A stretch of DNA of 64,000 nucleotides from the human T2T-CHM13v2.0 reference genome, Homo sapiens (GCF_009914755.1 NC_060927.1), one strand, 5' to 3'. Shown: positions 1-14,092, counted from the stretch's first letter. Made by a program: numbers and translations. The notes: generated from the letters alone by a model not told the origin.

Positions 1-79
1 GCGAGATGCAATTTTTCCATGAAAATACTGGGCAGAGAAACGTGGAAGGACAACTTGCGTTATTATGTTGTTATTATTA

Positions 80-1200
80 TTACTAAAGTATAATTCATAT
101 ATCATAAAAGTCACCATTTTTAGGCATACCATTCAGTGTCTGTTACTATATTTAAAAGGTTTTGCAATCATCACCACTACCTAATTCCAGAACATTTTTG
201 TAACGTTAAAAAGAATGCCCGTACTTATTGGTAGTCATTCTCCATTCTCCACTTCTTGCAATCCATAACTTTATAGCAACCACTAATCTACTTTCTCTAT
301 ATATAAATTTAATTGCTCTGGAAATTTCACATATATGGAATAATACATTATATGGCCTTTTGCATCTGGCTTCTTTCACTTAGCATAATGTTCTCAAGGT
401 TCATCCTTGATGTGGCATGTGTCAGTACTTCCATCCTTTTCATGGCCAAATAATATTCCATTTTTTATGGACCATATACCACATTTTTTATCTATTCATC
501 AAGTGATCATTGTTTGGGATGTTTCCCCTTTCTAACTATTATGAATAATGCTCCTTTGAATATTTTTACATGTTTTTGAGTGAACATCTGTTTTCAATTC
601 TCTTGGTTATATACCTAGGCATGTAATTGCTGCATCCTATACAACTTTATATTGAACTTTTTGAGGAACTAATGAACTGTATTCCAAGCTCAGTGGCCAC
701 ACCATATTATATTCCTGCTAGCAATTACAGGAATTCCATTTTCTCCACAATCTCCCCAGTGTGTGTTGTCTTTTTTTGTTTGTTTTAGTCATACTAGTGT
801 GTATGAAGTGGTATCTTATTTTGGTTTAGCTTTACATTTTCCTACTGACAAATAACATTAAACATCTTTGCATGTGCTTATTGGCCATTTATATGTATCC
901 TTTAGAGAAATGTCTATTCAAACCCCTTTTCCCAATGTTAAATTGAGTTATTTGGTTTTTTTGTTGCTCAGTTATAAGAATTCTTTGTATGTTCTGGATA
1001 CAGGACCCTTGTCAGATATATGATTTGCAAATATTTCTCCCATTATGTGTATTATCTTTTCACTTCCTTGATAATGTCCCTTGAAGTATAAAATTTTTTA
1101 ATCTTAATAAAGTTGAATTTATCTACTTGGGGTTGTTTGTGTATATCTAAGAAATCAGTGTCTAATCCAAAGTCATAAAGATTTATACCTGGGTTTTCTT
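80..1200 (-). mobile_element. Old L1 (L1MA/L1MB-type) ORF2 end and 3' UTR fragment
   Basis: Typical antisense L1M 3' text (tggcttctttcacttagcataatgttctcaaggttcatcc; agagaaatgtctattcaaa). Boundaries approximate. Confidence 0.8.
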
Positions 1201-1805
1201 TAAAATATCAGTTTTTGAATGAGAACTTTCCTGGGTTTTAGTGAAAGGTGGACATTATTTAATTATGCCTTGGGTCCATTGTCTGATGTTTCTTCTGATT
1301 GATATTCCTATGCCCACCACCCCCTCTCTGGAGCATCCAATGTCCTGCAACAGAGCTCTGGGGAATGGTACCCTTTCACTGACTTTGATTCAGGTGAGTG
1401 GCCTGGTCATGTAGTTCAGCCCGGCCTTCAACCAAACCAGTTTGACATATTCCTCCATACCTTTAGAGCTGAACAGTTGAGTGCGTCTCTGAGGAATGCT
1501 TGGAAACCCATGTTTTTCTAAGGCTAGAGTGGACTTCCTCAGTCAGTGCTAGACAAAGGGGACTGGAGGGGTTGGATCTAGTCAAGACTTTCATCTCTGG
1601 TGTTAGATAGAGATTACAGCTGCTTCAGGGTTTGAGGAAGGTTGCTCAGTAAAACTAGGTCCTCTCTAACTCTTTTTAGTGTATTGTGACTTTTTTCTAG
1701 AAATAATGGAAGAATATTTATTTTTGAACATTTTTCTGTTTTTCTTCCATTGCTTGTCTACATTTTTAAGTGGGTAAAAGAGAACTCAGAGTAAATATAT
1801 TCTTA

Positions 1806-1949
1806 CGCTTATTATTTTTTTCCTTTTTCTGGAGAACGGGGTCTCGCTATATTGCCCAGGCAGGTCTCGAACTCCTGGGCTCAAGCTATCCTCCCACCTC
1901 TTGCCTCCCTGAGAGCTGGGATTACAGGCGTGAGCCACCGTGCCCGGCC
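1806..1949 (-). pseudogene. BCYRN1P: BC200 (BCYRN1) retropseudogene, tailless
   Basis: Reverse complement reads ggccgggcacggtggctcacgcctgtaatcccagctctcagggaggc-aagaggtgggaggatagcttgagcccaggagttcgagacctgcctgggcaatatagcgagaccccgttctccagaaaaagg(a)7taataagcg. This has BC200-diagnostic positions plus the start of the unique 3' domain. TSD atatattctta at 1795-1805 and 1950-1960. Confidence 0.93.
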
Positions 1950-2029
1950 ATATATTCTTAACTAATTATGGCTCATGTACACTGTCATGTGATCATATTT
2001 CTTTCTGTTATATAAACTATTTTATTACA

Positions 2030-2165
2030 GTTATTATCCTTCTCCTGATGAGGAAAAAACTCAGAAAAGTTACAAAATTTTCCTAGGTCACAAATTTAGC
2101 GAGTTGAGGAATAAGCATTAGAAACCAGTTCTGTTTGGCCTTCAAAACTAACCTTGTACCATTAG
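2030..2165 (-). mobile_element. MIR fragment
   Basis: gatgaggaaaaaactcagaaaagttac...cctaggtcaca matches the reverse-complemented MIR core. Confidence 0.65.
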
Positions 2166-2439
2166 ATCAAATTGAGTGACAGTACTTCTGTGGGAAGAAG
2201 TCTCAGTTTGTGGTTCTAGATTGATTTTCCCAGGGAAATAATATGTCATTTTAATATTGTTTCAAACCTTCAAATTTCAAAATCTTTTTCCATTATGCTT
2301 TTTTGTGTTTCTTCTATTCCATTGCTTTTGGTTTCTTCTTAAGGAATCCCTGTTATTTATATACTGAATATTTGTTACCTAACTTCTCTCAATTGTCACT
2401 TTTCAAGAGTCTTTATCATCTTTTTTTTCTAAGAACAGT

Positions 2440-3690
2440 TCTTAATTGAGGTATAATTTGCATAAAACAAAATGCAAAAAGCTTAAGAATACAGCTTAAT
2501 TAATTTTAACATAATTATGCATTGTGTAATACCACCGAGATCAAGGTAGAGAACATTTTCCACCATGCCCAAAAGTTCTGACATTCTCCTTGCTAGTCGA
2601 TACTCATCCCCTGAATAAAGAATGTATTCTGAATTTTCCAAGTCTTTAATCCATTTGTGTTGCCGTAAAGGAACACCTGAGGTTGGGCAGTTTATAAAGA
2701 AAAGACGGTTAGTTGGCTCACCATTCTGCAGGTTGCGCAAGAAGTATGGAGCCAACATCTGCTTCCGATGAGGGCCGCAGGCTCCTTCCATTCATGGTGA
2801 AAAACAAAGGGGAGTTGGTATGGGCAGAGATCACACGGTGAGAGAGGAAGCATGAGGGAGACAGGAAGTACCAGGCTCTTTAACAACCAGTTTTCATGGG
2901 AACTAAAAGAGGAAGAACTTACTACCCCCTTCCAGGGAAGGCCTTAACCTATTCCTGCAGGATCCCCATGACCCAAAGACCTCCCATTGGGCCACCTCCA
3001 ACATTGGGGATCAAACTTCAACACAAGATTTGGAGGGCACAAATATCTAAACTATAGCAGGGACCATAATTTTGTTTATTATGCATCATAAACATGGAAT
3101 CATATCATATGCTCTCTTTTGTTTTGACTTCTCTTACTCAGCATCTGCAATTGAGATTCAATCTCTGGGGGGTTATGTATGCCATGAATTTGTTTGTTTG
3201 TGTTTTTCTTTTGTTTAATTTTATTTTGACAAAGTAATACTTTATTGTATGATTGGCACACAATTTTATTATCATTTTTTCAGATGGCAGACAGGTTTAC
3301 TTTTTGGCTATTATGCACAAAATAACTTTGAATATTCTTGTATAATTCTTTTAGTGAAGATATGCACTCTTTTCTCCTGGGTATACACAGCTAAGAGTGG
3401 AATTGCTTGGTTGAAAGAATGAAAAGCTGAAACAGAGTTTTGCAGAGTAGTTTTACTATTTTACATTTCTATGAAAAATGTAGGTCATTTCTAGTTGGTC
3501 TGCATTCTCACACACTTACTATTTTTAGTCTTTTTCATTTTAGCCATTCTGCTACATATGTAGTAATATACCACTTTGGTTTTCATATGCCTATTGGTCA
3601 TTTAAATATTTTTAAAGATTTTCTACTATTTTTCTTCTAGAAGGTTTAAAGTTTCAAGGTTTATACTTAAGTCTATTATCTAACTTGAGA
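2440..3690 (-). mobile_element. Old L1M(E/B) 3' fragment interrupted by an MST LTR
   Basis: ttaattgaggtataatt-type L1 3' terminus; L1-like sequence resumes after 3060. Confidence 0.6.
2642..3059 (-). mobile_element. MSTB-type MaLR solo LTR
   Basis: ttataaagaaaagacggttagttggctcaccattctgcagg ... cattggggatcaaacttcaacacaagatttgg...aaactatagca terminus. Confidence 0.8.
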
Positions 3691-3699
3691 GGTTTTGGG

Positions 3700-5300
3700 C
3701 TCTTTTATTTTTATTATATACATTTAAGGTATATGACATGATATTTTGATATCCATATACTAGTGAAATGATAACTACAGATAAACAATTTTGAATATAC
3801 ATCAACTCACATAGTTACCTTATGTGTGTATAGTAAGAGCACCTAAAATATACTCTCTTAAAAATTTCCTGGTATACAGTACACTATTATTAACTGTATT
3901 CCTCAAGCTGTACTTTATATCTTGAGGTTTAGTCATCCTACATAATAACTACTTTATACTCTTTAACCAACATCTCTTCATTTACCCCCCCCCACCCCAT
4001 GTCTCCAATCTAGGCTCTGATAACTAGTCTTTTTATTCTCAGTTTCTATATATTTGACTTTTTATTTTCTTTTTTAGATTCCATACATAAGAGAGATTAT
4101 TCAATATTTTTCTTTCTGTGTCTGGTTTATTTCACTTAACATAATGTCCTCCAGCTTCAATTTTGGTGCAAATTACAGGATCTTCTTCTTGTAAAAGTTG
4201 AATAACATTTCACTTTATATTCTACAATGTCTTTACCCAGTCATCTGTTGATGGGCATTTAGGTTGTTTCCATGTCTTCACTATTGTGAGTAATGCTGCA
4301 GTGAACATAGCAGTGAAGATATCTTTACTAGGTATTGATATCATTTCCTATGGATATATGCCCAGAAGAGGGATTGCTGGGTCATATTTTCAATATTTTG
4401 AGGATTTGCCTAGGCTGGTCTCAAACTCCTGGGCTCAAGTGATTCCTCAGCCTTGGCTTCCCAAAGTGCTGGGATTACAGACATGAGCCACAGTGCCCAG
4501 CCCATTGTGATTTTCTTCTAGGAGCTAAGGATCCAATTTTATTATTTTGCATCTGGATATCCAGTTTCTTTACATCATTTATTAAAGAGATTATCTTTTC
4601 CCCATTGTGTGTTCTTGGGGACATGGTCAAAAAGTAGTTGACTGTATCTACTTGGGTTTATTTCTCGGCTCTTTGGTCCCCTGGTCTCTTTTAACGCCAA
4701 TCCCACATAGTTTTGATTACTACAGCTCTGTAACATAAGTTTTAACTAGACAGTGTGATACCTTCAACTTCCTTTTTCTTTCTCGGGATTGCTGGGTCTA
4801 TTCTGGGCTTTTGGTGGTTCCATTCTAATTTTAGAGTTGTTTTTTTCTGTTTCTGTGAAAAATGCTATTGAAATTTTGATAGGGACATATTGAATTTATA
4901 GACCATTTTGAGCAGCATAAATATTTTAACAATAATTATTCTTCCATTTATTAGATACAGGATATCTCTCCATTTATTTATGTCTTCAATTTCTTTCAAT
5001 AACATTTTATAGTTTTCAATGGACAAGAATTTTTCCTTCTTGAATAAATTTATTTTGGGTATATTATTCTTATGGGTGCTATTGTAAATAAAATTGCTTT
5101 ATTAATTTTATTTTCAGATTGTTCATTTCTAGTGTATAGTAATTTTGTCTGTTTATCTTGCATGCTGCAAATTTGCTGAATTAATTGATTGACTCTAGTA
5201 GTTTTTGTGTGTATGTGGATTATTTGGAATTTTCTATGTATAGAACCACGTCATCTGGAAATAAAGATAGTTTATATTCTTTCTTTACTATTTCCTTTTT
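3700..5300 (-). mobile_element. L1MA-type 3' end plus ORF2 fragments
   Basis: Antisense L1 motifs (tgtgtctggtttatttcacttaacataatgtcctccag; tctgtgaaaaatgctattgaaattttgataggg). Confidence 0.75.
4408..4503 (-). mobile_element. Alu left-monomer/FLAM fragment
   Basis: gcctaggctggtctcaaactcctgggctcaagtgattc...gtgctgggattacagacatgagccacagtgcccagcc. Confidence 0.85.
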
Positions 5301-5424
5301 AAATTTCCTCTTTCTCTCTCTGAATTGTGAATGTCAAAATTCCCCAGGTCAGTCCTAGATGTGCAAAAGAAATGAAGAACAAAGGTCAATACATGAAGTT
5401 AAGACATACATCTAAAACACACAG

Positions 5425-5780
5425 TGTTTTAGCCTATAATGCCCCCTGGAAAGTAGAGCCTGAAACACAGGCTTGCATGCAATTTATTTTCAGGGGAGGA
5501 GAGTAGGAGACTAGGGAGAGCAAAACAGGAAAGGAGAGAAAGCCAAAAGATGGATTCTTCTTGACCAGGTTTCTTCTGTGAAAAACTGTATCTCAATCTC
5601 ACCAGGCTTTCTGAGAAGCGAAGTAAAATGAATGCACCACAGAATTGTGCAAGTGAAGGGCAGAAAACAGGAGTAATAATTCAGTAGCTTCTGTCCCTAA
5701 ATGATCATTAGCCTCCTCACACTCATGCATTCAGACTATGAGTGCATGAGTGCTGAGCCGGTTCCCACAAGAAGGAGGTG
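5425..5780 (-). mobile_element. LTR16-like ERVL LTR remnant
   Basis: Resembles the reverse LTR16 3' end (ccctggaaagtagagcctgaaacacaggcttgcatgcaatttatt); heavily diverged. Confidence 0.45.
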
Positions 5781-8669
5781 AGAGGATTAAGAAAATGTGC
5801 AATGAGGGATGAGAAGTGTTCAATATTTCTTATAACACTATCAGTCAGGTAAGCAGAGTTAAAGTTTTCTCAGGTTCTTGTTTTTTCTGGAATAAGCTAA
5901 CAGTATTGTTTAGAATTTGATAAAGTAATGATTTTTAGAGTGACCACCAAAAGAACAGAAACACTCTATCACTTTTAAGTAAGAGAAAATGGAATTTTAA
6001 ATATTCTTAAAGAAAAAATAGGGGATAGGACAATGATTATAACAAATAAAAAATACAAAATATGATAGCACATTTAAACTCAGATACATCCGTACATATA
6101 GTAAATGTAAATGAATTAAATTTCCAGTTTAAAAACAAAGATTATCAATTTCAAGTATAAAATAAATAAGCAGAAAAATTGTATCATTAGATATAAAAGT
6201 GATCAATATGTCATGTTACTAAATTAAAACACTTATTGTGGTCAAGATGTCAATCCTTCCCAAATTAACATACAAATTTAACATACTCTAATGTAGAAAC
6301 AAATATTTTGGAAAAATTAACCAAATAATTTCAAATTAATCTGGAGAATATTCAAGAAAATTTTTAAGTGGAATAATAAGGAATGTTAAAAATATCTATC
6401 TACCAGAATAGACAAATAATTATGTGTGAATACTCATGTGTGAATACTGTTTGAGATTTCCAAATGCTTTACATTTTGTATCTCATTTGATCCACGTAAT
6501 CAACCCTATAAACCAAACAGTAATTGTATACAGGAAGAATCTGAGGCTCAGAAAGATTACCTTGTGAAAAGCTATGCAGCAAATGACTGTGTTAAAGCTC
6601 AATTCTAGCTAAAACTCACTCCTGGTACAGTACTCAGGTCACATCTTATTTATAGGAGAGCAAGACAAATTGAAATTGAAGTGTGGGAAGTAGCTTTGGT
6701 TTATTAAAAGATGGCTTTCTTTTGAGCATGGAAATAGCAAAATATTGACACAATGAAAATATCAGCAACAATTTCAGGCAGAATTATTCTTTGGGTTTTT
6801 TAAATGTGACATTAATCAGCTACTTAGCAAAAACTTTAAGAGTTGGTTTCCCCCACATAATATTATGAAACTGTCACCTTTCCTATCTCTGTTAGAACCC
6901 TGGGTTGTTTTTTGTTTTGTTTTGTTTTGTTTTTGTACATCTCGTGCTACTATGACTCTTGTTTGTTTGCTTGTATTTATCCGCTTATGTTTAGAAAGCA
7001 TTTGAGCTGGCTCAAGACTTCTGCCTTGCGCCAATCATATTTCTCTTGGTGTGCTTGCAGAATTGCCTGACACTTTCATCATCCCTATGATGTCAGCAAC
7101 TACTTAAAGCTGATTTTGTGACCAGTCAACATATATCACAAGACTACATCAATATATAAACATATGAGTAAACAAATCTGTCCAGTTTTTAAAATTATGA
7201 AGGTTGATGTTATGATCACAATAATGACAATGATGATGCCTCTCCCCACAACATCAGAGCAGAACAAGCAATTTACTGGCTTCCTACAGAAAGCAAAAAG
7301 AGGAAACTATATAATTTGAACCTTTCTTTAGGGAATATGGTTCATACTCTCCAAATTTAAGCCAGCCCTGAGAGAGGTGAGCTGGAAAGTCTGTACATCC
7401 AGCAGACGTCTCTTGCAGAGGAGAATGAAAGCTGTTTCAGGACCATCAAATATTTCTGCTCAATAAAGGTTACAGTGTTTATCCTGGAATCAGATGCTAG
7501 ATTTCTAAAGAATGAAATGTGAAAACACAGAAAATTGTTCAGTTAGACATTCACAATGAGCATCAAGGAACTTATGTACAATTTTTTTTCATGCTTGTCT
7601 CAAAAAAAATCCCATTTTTAGTTAAATGAATCTTTTACATAAGACTTAGAAACAAAATATACTATTTTACGTAGTGTCATATACAGTATTTGAATGTTTA
7701 TCTTACATCTAAAAAACTTCAGAATTCTCGCATCTTTTTGCATAGCCAGTTTTCTTATGTAATATTGAGAAATGCAATTATGAGACTTCAAAGGAATTTC
7801 ACGAAATCATGAATTCCTAAGACTCTGACTGCCTACCTCATGCATCTCATTTTTTCTCATCATTAGTTGTCTAAATATGTTTTATGTTAAAAATTATAGC
7901 AATAAGGGATGGGAACTTAAAAAGGAACCCACATTTTTCTTCTTATTAAAAAAAAAGTGAAGAATTATCTACCTCCTTGAAAGATCAAGCCATTCTATGA
8001 ACTATCAACATCTGAAAAATCCTAAACCCCTTTTCAAACTCATTCATTTGTGTGTGACTCATTCACAGTAAATCTATGCCCGAACAGTTTTAGTCTTAAC
8101 CAAATGTTGACCAAGCTGAAAGTATGCTAAAAGCTCTGCCAACTCGCACATATTTTTGACAACACAGACAGCCACAAATGTCACTTATGAGTAATCTTTT
8201 TATTACTTCTTGGCTAGTGATTACTCTCAAACTCCTTTGCCTATAAGATTGTGCTCATGCTTTTAATATTGGTTCTCTCCTCTTCCCCTTTCTGTTGGCC
8301 CTCATTAGTCCTTGCACACAGCATCAGTTCCTGATCTCAGTCCTAATGCCATCCTGATTAGTTCTCCTAACATCAGACAAATCCAGAGGCTGTCAACAGC
8401 CAATGGAGTTGGGAAATCATCTTTTCCAGATCTTCATTTTAAAGTAGGAAACCCTGATTTTACACAAAAAATGGATGGTATCCCATCCTCCAGCAAAGGC
8501 CAGCCTGCCCATCTGGTCCCCTGTGTAAGGGTCTCCTGAGTGCTTCGGTTTTTCTATTCCATTGAGGTATCCAGAACCAAGAGAGAAATTCTTCTCTGGC
8601 CCCAAGTGACACACAGACTGAGCCCTGCTTTCTTACTGCCTTCAAGACAGCCCTACATACCTGGACTAT

Positions 8670-8739
8670 GTCCTGTTTCTGCTCATTCCATATGTTATTA
8701 CAGAAGTCCTGTTTCTCCTCATTCCATCTGTTATTACAG
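8670..8739. repeat. Tandem duplication, 36-bp unit x2
   Basis: gtcctgtttctgctcattccatatgttattacagaa followed by gtcctgtttctcctcattccatctgttattacag (2 mismatches). Confidence 0.9.
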
Positions 8740-9928
8740 CCAGAATGGTGAACTGATCCTTACATATTATCTGTGCTGCACCCACCTCATTTCCCAGAAT
8801 CAGATTCTCTTCCAAGGTCCATGCCTGGCTTCAGTGAGAGTGGCCATGTTCTTGCTATGGCAGAGCTGAGTAGGCTGGACCTCAACAGGACCCAGGCCAC
8901 TGTGTGTATGACATGTTGCCTCCGTGCTCCTGAGAGCAACCCCCATCCTCCCTCTTCATCTCTTCATCTACTCTTGGGGGCTCCCCTTCACCTCCAAGGA
9001 AGCTGCATATCTGGCATTACCTCCTCATCAGGAGCTACCATTTCCTCAGGAATCATCAGAGCACCTATTTCTAAGATAAAGTGACAGAGAGTATGTCTAA
9101 CAAAAGAGAAATTGCACCCAACTTCAGGTATTAAACTTTAAGGTAATAGGCTCCTTAAAGCCCAAAATAAACAGCAGAGTTTCTTGGGGCATCAAATTCA
9201 CTTAAAAGCAGTAACTTCAAATTTCTTATATATTAGAATAAAGGATGGATTACTGTGGAGTAAAATACAGAATGTATATTAATATTTAAAGATAAAATCT
9301 AAGACCTCTAGGAAATCTTTAAATTCAGGTGGAAAATATCAGCTTGACTCTAGACCACCCTCACATTACCTCCTCAACACGTAGGTGTAGACATTTATTC
9401 TTGCAGTTATTACTGAGAACGTCAGAGAGACATGCCTCTATGGTTGTTTTCTATCATTAAAGGGGGTTACTATTGGGCCAGGAGTAACTTTCATACTCTA
9501 TAGATGCAGCCCTTTCTCCTCTGCCCCTTCCACTGACCATTTTCATGAGGTATTCCAGATGTTGTGCCTGCCAGAAGTTTGCAGGGCTGATGTGGCTTCA
9601 CAGGATTTTCTTCTAGACTGACAAGGAGAAGTGGAATAATTTTTCTTGCATAGGTTCCAAAGAGATTGATATCTCAATAACAATTATGCATAACTACAAT
9701 CTTTGTTGTTGTTATTATAAACAGAGCTACAATGAACATATTTATCATACTATCTGTGCTGACATCATAGTTATTTCTCTAAGAATAACAGAGGAAGTGG
9801 CTCTTTCTAAAAATATCAATTGACCTAATATTTTTATAAACTCCAGAACTAGGTCATGACTATTAGACATTATCTTATGCTGGAATGAAAAGTATTCATG
9901 AATACTGAGGTCATACTAAAGTTTATTA

Positions 9929-10281
<353 letters not shown>

Positions 10282-13200
10282 TCAAACATCCCCCAAATAG
10301 ACAATTAGAGAATGGTGAGGCAGGTGTAGAAGAAACAGATTTGGTTTCCAGTGCCAAGCCTACCACCCCTATGAATTCTGGCTACCCACAGACAGCATCT
10401 TTAATACACACATCTTAGCTCTAATACTAAAATCTAGCAGAATCATATAGATAAAATGCAAAGAGCAGTGTACCTGAGGGCCATAAGAGTAGCTGAAATT
10501 CAACAGACAAAATTATAACTTTCTTCCTCAAAATGTGGATTTTTAAAGAATATGAAATATTAATAGAAAATGTGTACGTAACCCATACAACAATGATAGT
10601 CAGCTAATACTTGTCTGGTTCTGTTGATGCTCAATGTACAAGTTCACAGTCTTGGTTTGATTAAGTCTGGGCATCACCCCACACCCATAAAAACCAAGGG
10701 AGTCTCAGTTACATGCAGGACGCCTTCCCTGCCCTGAGAGGACCTGCCGGATATGTACAGTGATGGAAAGAAGGCACTCAAGCTGACAGTGACTAAGCAT
10801 CAATGTGCTGGTGCTTCACACTTGCTGACCATTTAATCCTCATGACCACCGTAAGTATTAATACTATTATCATCGCCTTCCAAATAAAAACACCAAAGGT
10901 CATGGTAAACATGAATTTGTTAAATATATATTGACTTGTAAACCCAAACATAACACATACCTGTGATTATAAAGGCTGACACATGAGGGCTTTCTAAGGT
11001 GCTCAAAAAGGAATAAATAGCTTGTGAGCACAGTTAATGACCCACTGAAACAGAGATCAATGCAGCAAGAGTTCAGAGAGGGGTTGCATTCTACCATGAA
11101 AAGTGATAGAAAAACCTAGAGTTCATAGAAATCTCACAGACGCTCTGTCTGCAGTCTTATTTAGGGCCAAATTGTGGCTCTAGACTTAACCAATAAAAGG
11201 TAACTCAAGTAATTTTTCAAAGTCAGTGCAAGCAGTACACTCAAAGCCCTGGCTCTGTTGTCTCTGAATTGCAACAGAAAAATAATTGTACCACATCTGT
11301 CACATCTTTGCAAATTAACAAATTTATAATCAGCAAAACTGAAGAGTGTTGCCCCCTCTGTTTCTCAAATCCCTGAGGAAATGCTAAGGAACAGAGGAAT
11401 ATGACACTAACTAATATATTTTGCAGAACAGCAAAATAACTCAATAGTATAATTTTTATTTTTGGATTGATTAAAGACATTACTCTTGCCTCAACAAGTT
11501 TCAGAAACTGGCCAGATGGATCATTTTCTCTCATTGCTCATAAACTACACACATTGCTGAATCTGTAATTCATAGAAACATATCATGGTGACCATCTTGT
11601 AAATGCCAATGCCAAGCTACCAGTCCCTTTCATTACATGCCGTAATTATGGATTAAATGATTTCATAAACATATTGGTTGTTTCAAAGTTGGCATGAGGC
11701 TGTCTTAGAGCCCCTGCAATCTGTCATCACTGTTAATGAGATATCAACCTTCTTGTAACCCAAGCAAAAAAAAAAAAAAAATTCTCTTTGAATGTCAGCC
11801 AGGGGAGAAAAAACCCTCCAGAACTTCTGCAAACTCTGCAACCTCCTCTCAAACACCATATCCAGAAAGTCTTCAGGAAAAGGGCCAGTGACATGATCAA
11901 ATGACAAGGGCAACATCTGTGCAATATAAAATGTAGGCATTGATGATGTCTGGGATTCTTTCTTTCCTCACAGCAGCAAGGACCACCTTAAACAGGTGAA
12001 GCTCTTTGAAGAGGCTTCTTAATTTTCACTGAAGACCTTCTAATAGTAAAGAATAAACTCATACACTCAAGGATCTTGGAGGCATGGCTTCTAGATCTTA
12101 CTATGATTTCAAAATGTCCTAGAAATCTTGTATAATATCTTTTGATTTTTATTATACACCTTGCATCCTATTTTACAATATGTCTAGGCTTAATTTAGTA
12201 TTTAGGAAGCTTTGGAGATCTATTGGAAGATGGCAGATAGGAGGAAGAACTAGCTTGCAGATCCCACTTGGACAGACAAAGCAGTGTGCGGAGACTCACA
12301 TAGTGAACTTTTGCTCTAAGAATGACACCAACATACCAGGAAAACTGAGAGAACCCATAACCCTTTGAAGGAACTGTATCACCACTGCAGATTCCTTGAG
12401 ACATTGAAAAATGGTGAGTTGGCTTGCTTTCTCAGTGGGGAGGCTGGTGGCCTGCAGCAAGTTCTCAGCCCTGGTCACTGGCTGCCCTACTAGACTCAGT
12501 GCTGTTGTGGGGGCATGGTGGGAGTGAGACTAGCCTTTAGGACTGCAGGACACATGGAAGCACAGCAAGGCCTGTGACTACCAGCTTTCTCCAACTTCCC
12601 TGGTGACCTGTGTGACTCAGCAGAGGCAGCCATAAATCCTGTGAGAACATAACTCCACTGGACTGGGAACCACACCCCCATCCCTCACAGCAGCTGCAGC
12701 AAGCCCTGCCCAAGGAGAAACTGAGCTCAGACACAACTATCCCTGCCCCCACCTGGTGGTCTTTCTCTAGCTGCCCTGGTAGCTGAAGACAAAGGACATA
12801 ATAGAGCTCTCTTGGGAGCTCTATGGCCCTACCCACCACCTGAGAAACTTGAATACTTAACCAGGTGACCCTAGGGCAAGTTTACTTCCTTCCTATAGTA
12901 CCACAGGTGCTGCACTCTTGAAAGTGCCACCTCCTGGCTGGAAGCCAACCAATACAAAACCAGCACACTAAACAAAAATACAACCAAGGACCCTCACAGA
13001 GTCCATCCACTTCACTCCCCTGCTACCTCCACCAGAGTAGATGCTGGTATCCACTGCTGCAAGACCTGAAGACAGCTCACATCACAGGACTCTTTGCAGA
13101 CACTCTCCAGTACCAGCCCAGAGACCAGTAGCTCCATTGGATGGCTAGACCCAGAAGAACAAAAACAATCACTGCAATTCAGCTCTCAGGAAGCTCCATT

Positions 13201-14018
13201 CCAAGGGGAAGGAGGAGAACACCACATCAAGGGAGCACCCTGTGGGACTAAAGAATCTGAACAGCAGCCCTTGAGTCCCATAACCTCCCTCTGACATAGC
13301 CGACCTAAATGAGAAGGAACCAGAAAAACAATACTGGTAATATGACAAAACAAGGTGCTTCAACACCCCCAAAAGATCACACCAGTTCACCAGCAATGGA
13401 TCCAAACCAAGATGAAATTTCTGAATTGCCAGAAAACAAATTTAGAAGGTCAATTATTAAGCTAATCGAGAAGGCACCAGAGAGTTAACTCCAACTTAAA
13501 GAAATCAAAAGCATCATATAGGGTATGAAAGGAAAATTCTTCAGTGAAATACCATAAATAAAAAACAATCACAACTTCTGGAAGTAAAAGACATGCTTAG
13601 ACAAATGCAAAATGCACTGGAAAGACTCAGCAATAGAAGTGAATAAGCAGAAGAAAGAACTTCAGAGCTGGAAGACGAGGCTTTTGAATTAGCCCAATTC
13701 ATCAAAGACAAGGAAAAAAGAATTTTAAAAAATGAACAAAGGCTCCAAGAATTTTAGGACTATGTTAAGCATCCTACCTAAGAATAATTGGTGTTCCCAG
13801 GGAAGAAGAGAAATCCAAAAGTCTGGAAAACATATTTGAGGGAATAATTGAAGAGAACTTCCCTGGCCTCGCTAGATATCTAGACATCCAAATACAAGAA
13901 TCTCAAAGAATGCCTGGGAAATTCACTGCAAAAAGATCATTGCCTAGGCACATAGTCATCGGGTTATCTAAAGTCAAAATGAAGAAAAGAATCTTAAGAG
14001 CTGTGAGGCAAAAGCATC

Positions 14019-14092
14019 AGGTAACCTATAAAGGAAAACCTATAAAGGTAACCTATAAAGGAAAACCTATAAAGGTAACCTATAAAGGAAAA
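14019..14092 (+). repeat. 27-bp tandem triplication inside L1 ORF1
   Basis: aggtaacctataaaggaaaacctataa x~2.7; translates as VTYKGKPIK repeats in ORF 13910-14134. Confidence 0.95.
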
